The position numbers and the translations under genes were made by a program. The notes beneath the pieces are model-generated. The model made no database searches. It saw only the letters and a program-made list of their open reading frames with translations, and had not been told where the DNA came from. Below are positions 57,318 to 64,000 of a stretch of DNA of 64,000 nucleotides, one piece after another (position 1 is the stretch's first letter; the number at the start of each line of letters is the position of its first letter). Origin of the DNA: an uncultured virus (IMG/VR IMGVR_UViG_3300017772_000002) (taxonomy: Duplodnaviria > Heunggongvirae > Uroviricota > Caudoviricetes). The stretch lies in the IMG/VR virus record IMGVR_UViG_3300017772_000002. One strand, 5' to 3'.

Positions 57318-58826
57318 TTATATATTTATATCATGAACTTTATAGTCAAATTTTTCTTTGCTATAAATCCTGATCCTTTCAGCAGCATGTTGAAGCGTGT
57401 AATTTTTCTTTGATTTCCAGTGTAAGTCATCAGCTATATCGTATACCTTAGTATCTATACCATCAGCTGACTTTCTTAATCCTCTCCCGATGCTTTGTAA
57501 AACCCGAATTTGCGACTTACTAGGTGAAGCAAAGATAATGTTATGTAGACGTTTAATATTAATACCTGTAGAAAAAGTGCCCATACTAGCGACAATGATC
57601 GCGTCATCTTGCTTCTCTGTAATCGCTCGTATCTCTTCCCTCGTATCAACATCGGTTTCACCTGATACATAAAACAATCTCCTCGTATTTCTAGGCAATT
57701 CATCAAACTTTTTCTGTAATAAATCATGAAGTGGCTTACCATGTTTATCTACAAACTGAAATAGTATCAATGTATTACCATTTTGATCCATAGCCAAATT
57801 AGCTATAAAATTATTTCTTGGTCCGTATTTTACTATAAAATCAATCTCTTCTTGATATTTCATTTTCGAAACTAACTTACAGTACTCATCGGTATATTTC
57901 AATAACAAGACAAATATGTCTAGTTGTGATAAAGAATTTTCTTCAATCAACTCTTTAGTTGTGGTCACTTTAAATACCGGACCAAATAAGCCTTCTAATA
58001 CTAACTGATGAGTTTGTGATCCATCTAAAGTACCAGTAGTACCAATTCTGTATTTAGCATTAACGCATTTTTCAAGTATTGACGTCAAAGATTTAGCTTT
58101 AAAGTTGTGTGCCTCATCACCAACAACCATACCAAAATCTTGAAACCAATTACTGTTTAGCTTATAAACTGACTGCCATGTTGTAATAATCACTCTTTGT
58201 TTTATATTATATTTTTCTTTACCTGCATAAATTTTATGACAATTTTTGCTAACATCCCAATCATCTTTTGTCGAGTAATCACCAAAATCAGAATACATTT
58301 GCTCAACTAATGATGTCGTTGGCACAATTAACATAACATTACCATCATTCATATCTAAGTAATATCTAATTGCTAAATATATGATTAAACTCTTTCCTGA
58401 AGCTGTAGGGCTTAAAAGCAAAGATTTTTTATCTGATAGCGCCCTCGAGAGTGCATCAAGTTGATAGGGCCGGGGTGTTATACCTACTCCGTTCACAGAG
58501 AGTGACAGACCGCTCAGGAACGTCTCTATATCGTGTAACTCTTCTGTATCCGGCCTTCCGTACTTAGAATTATCCTCTGTAATGAGTTCATACCCTCTCG
58601 CATCGGCAAATTCCTTTAAATATTTGAATAAACCACCATATATCACCTTTTTTCTTAAGTCAAATAGGCGTATCTTCCCATCCCACATGCGATTTTTATA
58701 CGCTGGCATGAATTTATACCCTGGAACATAAAAACAGAAGTGCTCTGTCAATTCCATCTCTATCCCCGGTTCGGTCACAACATGTAGAAAAACTTCGTTC
58801 TTCTTTTTAACAGTAATTTTTTCCAT
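57318..58826 (-). CDS. uvsW: SF2 helicase UvsW
   Basis: PTASGKS, DEAH, TGT, QSIGRGLR. Confidence 0.96.
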   Translation of the reverse strand: MEKITVKKKNEVFLHVVTEPGIEMELTEHFCFYVPGYKFMPAYKNRMWDGKIRLFDLRKKVIYGGLFKYLKEFADARGYELITEDNSKYGRPDTEELHDIETFLSGLSLSVNGVGITPRPYQLDALSRALSDKKSLLLSPTASGKSLIIYLAIRYYLDMNDGNVMLIVPTTSLVEQMYSDFGDYSTKDDWDVSKNCHKIYAGKEKYNIKQRVIITTWQSVYKLNSNWFQDFGMVVGDEAHNFKAKSLTSILEKCVNAKYRIGTTGTLDGSQTHQLVLEGLFGPVFKVTTTKELIEENSLSQLDIFVLLLKYTDEYCKLVSKMKYQEEIDFIVKYGPRNNFIANLAMDQNGNTLILFQFVDKHGKPLHDLLQKKFDELPRNTRRLFYVSGETDVDTREEIRAITEKQDDAIIVASMGTFSTGINIKRLHNIIFASPSKSQIRVLQSIGRGLRKSADGIDTKVYDIADDLHWKSKKNYTLQHAAERIRIYSKEKFDYKVHDINI

Positions 58827-59272
58827 TACATTCCACTAGTAAACTTATTCCACTCAATTATGTTTTTAATGTTTTGATGTCTCCATTTGATGTTTTCTAA
58901 TATTTCCTTTAATGTATCTATAAGCTCTTGAGTATAATGCATTTTAGCTTGATGCTCTTGTATAAGAGGATCTGCATCATACCATTTATCCATATCGCCT
59001 TTAAGTACTGTAAGCCCGTCTAATGGATCATATGACCAGCCCTTTGCATCCATTTCAGCTTGAGTAAGCTTACCGTTATAGTGCATAAATTTATCTCGCA
59101 ATAGTACCTTAAACTCAAGATCTAATTTCTTATATCTAAGTTTATTTACTGAATAAAGTTCTAAATACTTCGAATGAAGTTTTGCGGTATCTCGAGCTGA
59201 CTGATCTAATTGAAGTTCATCAATAACTGAATCTTTTTTCCACATCTCAAGTATTTGTTCTAGGTTGTTCAT
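58826..59272 (-). CDS. uvsY: recombination mediator UvsY
   Basis: WKKDSVID, LHSKYL, IKNIIEW. Confidence 0.92.
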   Translation of the reverse strand: MNNLEQILEMWKKDSVIDELQLDQSARDTAKLHSKYLELYSVNKLRYKKLDLEFKVLLRDKFMHYNGKLTQAEMDAKGWSYDPLDGLTVLKGDMDKWYDADPLIQEHQAKMHYTQELIDTLKEILENIKWRHQNIKNIIEWNKFTSGM

Positions 59273-59293
59273 AATATCTCCATTGTATAAAAT

Positions 59294-59301
59294 TATTTAT
59301 A
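59294..59301 (-). promoter_or_regulatory. late promoter upstream of uvsY
   Basis: TATAAATA. Confidence 0.6.
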
Positions 59302-59378
59302 TGTATACAGTTATGTAAACTTTAGTGTACATAGTTAAAACAATAGTTTAACCATTTCAATTTGTGTAAACTTATATA

Positions 59379-59837
59379 TTAACTAATATCAAAGTATGTA
59401 TACTTTAATGTAACATCTGCTTGTAAGTATTCTACTTCAGTTTGTTGAGTAGAAAATTCAACAGCCGATAGACTTGTTGGAAAGCAATCTTTAAACGTTA
59501 CTTCTTTTGTAACATTATTGTGACTACTTAATATAGCAAGAGTTGCATCTGATTTTTGCCCCTCACCTTTTTGTATAACATCATGCATCCAGTTATACAT
59601 CTCAATATAATTTTCCATATCTTCGGTAATATTAAATCTAATATTTAATTCGCCAAAAGTCATACGATCGCCAGTCATACCCATATTTGATGTCTTATAT
59701 GGTAATGGAACTTCTGATATAGATAAATCTGGAAGCGTGACAGCAGTACAAAAATACTCAATATTAGAATATTTTGTTGAATCTATTTTGAATTGAAACC
59801 CTACAGGGCTTAAAAAGTTTTTATTTAAAGTAGCCAT
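59379..59837 (-). CDS. gp3: tail completion/tube terminator (gp3-like)
   Basis: NFLSPVGF, EDMENY, KSDATL, FP.SLS; start MATLN after late promoter 59843-59850. Confidence 0.88.
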   Translation of the reverse strand: MATLNKNFLSPVGFQFKIDSTKYSNIEYFCTAVTLPDLSISEVPLPYKTSNMGMTGDRMTFGELNIRFNITEDMENYIEMYNWMHDVIQKGEGQKSDATLAILSSHNNVTKEVTFKDCFPTSLSAVEFSTQQTEVEYLQADVTLKYTYFDIS

Positions 59838-59869
59838 ATATCTATTTATACAAGTTTGAAAGTTAAATT

Positions 59870-59964
59870 GAAGCAATGTGCGGTATCTTCCTCCGCGTAC
59901 CCGCAACCAAGGCAGGATCTTAGTCTCTTCGTAACCTTTGTCACTTCTAGATCAACACTGCTTC
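59870..59964 (-). ncRNA. candidate structured ncRNA (multibranch), late-expressed
   Basis: 10-bp closing stem plus three internal hairpins; TATAAATA immediately upstream at 59970-59977. Confidence 0.6.
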
Positions 59965-59982
59965 TATATTATTTATACACAT

Positions 59983-60010
59983 AAAAAAAGGGACTCCGAA
60001 GAGTCCCTTT
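59983..60010 (-). terminator. gp23 intrinsic terminator
   Basis: GGGACUC-UUCG-GAGUCCC-UUUUUUU. Confidence 0.92.
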
Positions 60011-60036
60011 AAAGTACAAGACTATCTAATTAAAGA

Positions 60037-61410
60037 TTAGCTTGATGCAGGCTGAGTCATAATACCGTCTACTCTAAAGATTCTAAAGTATGGGTTAGAT
60101 CTGTCCGCACCAACTGTACCGTCAGTAGCTACAAATGGGTTAGCAACCATGCCGTATCTAGTTTTGAAACCGATTCTTGGCTGGAAGTCTTCCTCACCGA
60201 TCGCTTTAACCATTGTTAAAGGAACGTATGGGCAGTAGAATACACCTGCGTCATATGGAGTAGTACCTCTGTAACCTACACAAACGTAGTCCTGGTTAGT
60301 ACCACCAGCATACGGATCAACGTATACTTTGAACTTACCATTAAGAACACCAGCAAAAGTATTACCAGTATCATCTACGTTTAGGTTAGTTGCCAATGCT
60401 GGGCTATAGTCAAGCATACCAGAAGCAGCAAGTACTGAAGCAACGTCAGAAGAACAGATTACATAGTTACCTTTTCCTCTTCTTGTTTCTTTAGCAATTA
60501 CATTAGCTTCTCTTTCGATTTGAATAATCAAACCTTTAGCTTTTTCAGCCAACCATCTGCCGTCTGTGTCAGTAGCCATGTTAAAGATACCTTTAATAGC
60601 GTTAGAAGCTTGACCAGCACCTAGCTTAGCAGTTCTGTTTACAGTTCTAACAACTTCTCTGTTGATTTCCGCAAGGATTTCAGAAGAAAGGATGTTAGCA
60701 AGCTCGCCTTCAGCGTCTAGACCGTGGATTGCTTTAAGATCTTGAGCAAGTTCCATAGTGTATTCAGCTTTAAGAGCTCTTGACTTAGCAGTTACTGTAG
60801 CTTTCTCGATTGAGAATGCCATTTCACCGAATGAACCGCCTGAACCACCAGTACCTAGAGCTTCAGAAGCAGCTGTAGACATACCAGCTGAGTAATCAGA
60901 AACGATTTCACCAGCAGTTTCGTTTGTGCCTAAGTTATTATCACCGTTATCAACAGCTGTTTCTAGACCAGAAGGACCTGCTTCTTGAGCTGTACCATGG
61001 CCAGAGAATGCAGTGTTTGCTTCGTCCATGAAAGCTTCAGTTTTTGTAACTGTGCCGTCACCAGCAACATTTACATACTTAGACTTCATAGCAAAGATTA
61101 GACCAGTAGGACCAGTCATAGGCTGTACACCAGCGATATCGTAAGCGATAAGGTTTGGCATTGCACGTCTTACCAATGAGATAAGAACGGGATTAAAACC
61201 AGCTACTTCAGCGCCAGTTGCGTTATGAGGAGCGTCTTCTCCAAGGAAGGTTCCTGATTTAGCAACAGCATCTTCTCTAGCTGCGATTTCTTGGTTTTCA
61301 AGAAGTCTAGCTGTAACAGCTGCTTTATGACTATCTTGAATTGTTGGAACATCTGTGTGCTCGAGAACCGGGCTCCACTTTTCCATTAAGTTTTTGTCTG
61401 CGTTAAACAT
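60037..61410 (-). CDS. gp23: major capsid protein
   Basis: LVRRAMPNLIAYD, VQPMTGPTGLIFAM, KSRALKAEY, FQPRIGFKTRYG. Confidence 0.98.
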   Translation of the reverse strand: MFNADKNLMEKWSPVLEHTDVPTIQDSHKAAVTARLLENQEIAAREDAVAKSGTFLGEDAPHNATGAEVAGFNPVLISLVRRAMPNLIAYDIAGVQPMTGPTGLIFAMKSKYVNVAGDGTVTKTEAFMDEANTAFSGHGTAQEAGPSGLETAVDNGDNNLGTNETAGEIVSDYSAGMSTAASEALGTGGSGGSFGEMAFSIEKATVTAKSRALKAEYTMELAQDLKAIHGLDAEGELANILSSEILAEINREVVRTVNRTAKLGAGQASNAIKGIFNMATDTDGRWLAEKAKGLIIQIEREANVIAKETRRGKGNYVICSSDVASVLAASGMLDYSPALATNLNVDDTGNTFAGVLNGKFKVYVDPYAGGTNQDYVCVGYRGTTPYDAGVFYCPYVPLTMVKAIGEEDFQPRIGFKTRYGMVANPFVATDGTVGADRSNPYFRIFRVDGIMTQPASS

Positions 61411-61427
61411 TTTTAGTTTCCCCTATA

Positions 61428-62555
61428 TTAGACTTTGTTATATTTTGATATAGCTGATGTGTATCGAGCCATTGTGTCACTGACGTCAACCGGAGCTTCG
61501 TCGGTGCCAACTAAGTTTTGAGCTTCATCTACTGATTCTTGAGCTTCAGTTTTAAAATAAGACTCTTTAACTACGTTTACTTTCATTTCGAAAGTTTCTG
61601 CAGTATCAAAGTCAATATCTTCTACCAAAGATGCAAGCTTTTCAGCTTCAGTTAATGCAAGCCCAACAGAAGCATTTCTTACGATCTCAGCTCTTTCCAA
61701 GTTGGAAACAGATTCGGTCAATGCAATATTTTCTTCTGTTGTTTTGTTTAAAGATTCTTCGAGTTCAGTAACCTGTTCTGACAATTCGTCAATCAGATCA
61801 ACTTTACCTTCTGGAACCTCAATGTAATGTTCTTTGAACACTGATTGTAAAGAAGCCATAAAGTCTTCAGCAATCTCAGTCCTAAGACCAGTTTCAACTG
61901 CAACTTTATTTTCTTCCATCCAGTTACCAACCACATAGTTAAGGTAAGAATCTACCTTTTCTACAAGCTCGGACTTGATTTCTGAAACTTCTTCTTCAAG
62001 GTTTTGAACGTACTCAGACTCTAGTCTTTCGATTTCTGAACCCACTTTTGATTTAAGGGCAGCTTCGAAGATGATTCCAGCTTTAGCTTGGAAACCATCT
62101 GACAAAGTAGCTTCTTCAGCAACTAGGTTGTCAAGGTCTTCTTGGTAGTCAATATGTGCAACGTCTACATCAACGTCTTCTTTCTTGACTGAAGCTTTCT
62201 CTTCAACATCAGGTGCCTTAAGTGTTTTCACAACGCTAGAATAGATTCTTTGTGCGTCAATTTTTTTAGAGTTTTTCAACATATCATTTACTGATGCCAT
62301 GATTGCTGCTTTAGTTTTAGGCATTGGCTCTTCTTCCTCTTCGACTTCTTCGTCGTCGTCAGAATCGTCGTCATCGTCGTCCTCATCGGACTCTTTGACT
62401 TCTTCCTCGTCACCTTCTTCTTCAGCATCATCATTAGCTTCTACGATTTCTTCGTCTTGAACTTGTTCGTCTTCAACGAGCTCCTCGTTTGAAAGCTCTT
62501 CAGTTTCTGATACGTCTTCGACTAATTCATTATTTTTGATTTCGTCTAATGACAT
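61428..62555 (-). CDS. gp22: prohead core scaffold
   Basis: IFEAA, KVDSYLNYV, WMEEN; acidic N-terminus; synteny. Confidence 0.93.
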   Translation of the reverse strand: MSLDEIKNNELVEDVSETEELSNEELVEDEQVQDEEIVEANDDAEEEGDEEEVKESDEDDDDDDSDDDEEVEEEEEPMPKTKAAIMASVNDMLKNSKKIDAQRIYSSVVKTLKAPDVEEKASVKKEDVDVDVAHIDYQEDLDNLVAEEATLSDGFQAKAGIIFEAALKSKVGSEIERLESEYVQNLEEEVSEIKSELVEKVDSYLNYVVGNWMEENKVAVETGLRTEIAEDFMASLQSVFKEHYIEVPEGKVDLIDELSEQVTELEESLNKTTEENIALTESVSNLERAEIVRNASVGLALTEAEKLASLVEDIDFDTAETFEMKVNVVKESYFKTEAQESVDEAQNLVGTDEAPVDVSDTMARYTSAISKYNKV

Positions 62556-62569
62556 AATTTATTCTCCTA

Positions 62570-63223
62570 TTAAGAATTTACAAGTTTAGAGAGGAAATTT
62601 TTAAAAGCTTTAATCTCGACATCAGATGAACTAATACCTCGAGCTTCCTTGATTTCAGTCTCAATTTTTTCAATTTCTTGTGGACAAAGCACGCCATTAT
62701 TCCATACCCACTCAACACCTTCCATAATTCCATTGACAAATGCCTCTGGAGCTGAAGGGTCTTGAACGATATCTACTGTAGACAACATAAAGTCATCTTT
62801 CACATACATAGCGCCATTTTTTTGCACAAGACTTCCCATACCACGACTTGATACACCAAGCTTAACGCCACCATCGAGCAAACCTTTTACGATCTGACCC
62901 ATAGGAGTTTCTAAGATTGATGCTTTTCCAATAACATTACTTCCGTCAAATCTGAGTTCAGTAATCTTATGTGAAACTTTATCTAAGTTAATGGAAGGAC
63001 CTTCAGGGTGGTTTAATTCCCCAACTGCTCTTCCAGTACTTACTTGATCTTTTACGTATTTATTAACGGCATTCTCCAAGATTTCTTTTGGATATACTCT
63101 GCCATTTCTGTTTTTAGAATCAGCTTGCATAAAAACACCCTCAATACAGAGAGTTTTTTTACCGTTAACTTTTTCTTCAATAACCTCTAGGTTATTGTCA
63201 TTGTATTCTGCTATAAGGTTCAT
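62570..63223 (-). CDS. gp21: prohead protease
   Basis: NRNGRVYP, GELNHP, GVSSRGMGS, DIVQDPSAP. Confidence 0.97.
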   Translation of the reverse strand: MNLIAEYNDNNLEVIEEKVNGKKTLCIEGVFMQADSKNRNGRVYPKEILENAVNKYVKDQVSTGRAVGELNHPEGPSINLDKVSHKITELRFDGSNVIGKASILETPMGQIVKGLLDGGVKLGVSSRGMGSLVQKNGAMYVKDDFMLSTVDIVQDPSAPEAFVNGIMEGVEWVWNNGVLCPQEIEKIETEIKEARGISSSDVEIKAFKNFLSKLVNS

Positions 63224-63241
63224 TTACTTATTTCCGTTTAG

Positions 63242-63409
63242 TTATTCCTCTTCTTTAGAGGCTTGTCTATCTTGTAATGTAGATGCCACTTCGATTTTTT
63301 TAGCATCAAACGCAGCTGACAACTTGTCAGCCATGATAGTATTAAAATCTTTACCAGCTTGAACGTTGTCTCCGCTCTTTACATTATCAATTAGTTCTGC
63401 AATATTCAT
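63242..63409 (-). CDS. gp67-like prohead core protein (55 aa)
   Basis: Manual translation MNIAELIDNV...FNTIMADKL..A.DAKKIEVA; late promoter at 63432-63439; synteny. Confidence 0.65.
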   Translation of the reverse strand: MNIAELIDNVKSGDNVQAGKDFNTIMADKLSAAFDAKKIEVASTLQDRQASKEEE

Positions 63410-63457
63410 TATTTCCTTTTCCTATGTTATATATTTATAAAAAATTAAATTTCAAGA

Positions 63458-64000
63458 TTAAAAATCTTCATCATCAATGTCTTCAATTTCACCAGATGCT
63501 TTCTCATCAGCTATTTGTTTCTGTATTTCAGCAATTTCATCATCAGATTGTCTTAAAACATTCTTACGAATCCACTCATTAGATACATATTTTCCAACAT
63601 ATTCATCCATTTGAGCTAACATCTCAAATCTTTCTCTTAGAATTTCAGCTTCTTTTAGTTCGCTAAAGTAATTGTCTTCAATAAAATCAAAGGCAATATC
63701 TTCTTTAAACATGTGCCAATCTTCTTTAGTAACAATACCTTTCAATAAACATTGTGTTCTTAAAAGCTGTACAAATAAATCACTAAATCTTTTTCTTAAT
63801 CTATCTAAAAACTTTTTAAATTTAACTTCGTCTCTTGATATTTCAGTAGACCTACCTAAATTAAATCCAGATTCTTGTTCTAAACGATTAACTGGAACAT
63901 TTAGTGATTTGTATAATTTCTTTTGGAAATATATAATATCATCGATTTGTCCAAGATTCTCACCACCAGGAAGCGTTGAAATCTCAGTACCTCTTCCGCC
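63458..64000 (-). CDS. gp20: portal protein, C-terminal part (5' end outside the window)
   Basis: GRGTEISTLPGGENLGQIDD..YFQKKLYKSLNVP, EISRDEVKF, DNYFSELKE. Confidence 0.95.
   Translation of the reverse strand, partial: GGRGTEISTLPGGENLGQIDDIIYFQKKLYKSLNVPVNRLEQESGFNLGRSTEISRDEVKFKKFLDRLRKRFSDLFVQLLRTQCLLKGIVTKEDWHMFKEDIAFDFIEDNYFSELKEAEILRERFEMLAQMDEYVGKYVSNEWIRKNVLRQSDDEIAEIQKQIADEKASGEIEDIDDEDF

Noticed and set aside
59838..59906. N-terminal extension of gp3 given by the ORF track
   Set aside because: The late promoter at 59843-59850 and the conserved start MATLNKNFLSP place the start at 59837; the upstream part belongs to the structured RNA.
62330..62480. (tcg/tct/tca)n low-complexity repeats
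   Set aside because: They encode the Asp/Glu-rich region of scaffold gp22 and are not a repeat array.

Overview
This is a 64-kb segment of an AT-rich, lytic T4-like myovirus. Genes such as hsp20, bS21, phoH, ThyX, CobS/CobT-like and class Ia NrdAB suggest an aquatic phage of a Gram-negative host (inference). Essentially all genes lie on the minus strand. From right to left the window holds: the head module (gp20 partial, gp67, 21, 22, 23), gp3, uvsY/uvsW, gp55, gp47/46, a vWA/AAA pair, gp45/44/62/regA, an inserted fibre-like + chaperone + glycosyltransferase cassette, hsp20, gp43 and an AEP-like primase. Next come a nucleotide/DNA-modification region, bS21, uvsX, gp41, thyX and small early ORFs. 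Then follow a late block of proteins with T4-like capsid-targeting N-termini, a spanin/lipase cassette, nrdA/nrdB/grx, RNase H, DenV-like, phoH, an exonuclease, a fibre-like gene and a lysozyme (partial). Main leads: (1) a putative new cytosine hypermodification pathway (gp42-type dCMP-modifying enzyme, inositol-phosphate-synthase homolog, HAD phosphatase, aGPT-PPlase/HhH-type DNA transferase, SGNH protein and C5-MTase-like protein), in which two enzymes end in the same TLxEFF tail as the DNA polymerase; (2) an in-frame TGA inside motif X of the MTase-like gene; (3) a late-promoter-driven ~95-nt structured ncRNA behind gp23; (4) a capsid-packaged set of ligase-like, nucleotidyltransferase, kinase and nuclease-like enzymes; (5) several structured 5' leaders and a lone plus-strand promoter that may mark an origin. 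All family calls come from motif recognition by eye; no database searches were run.
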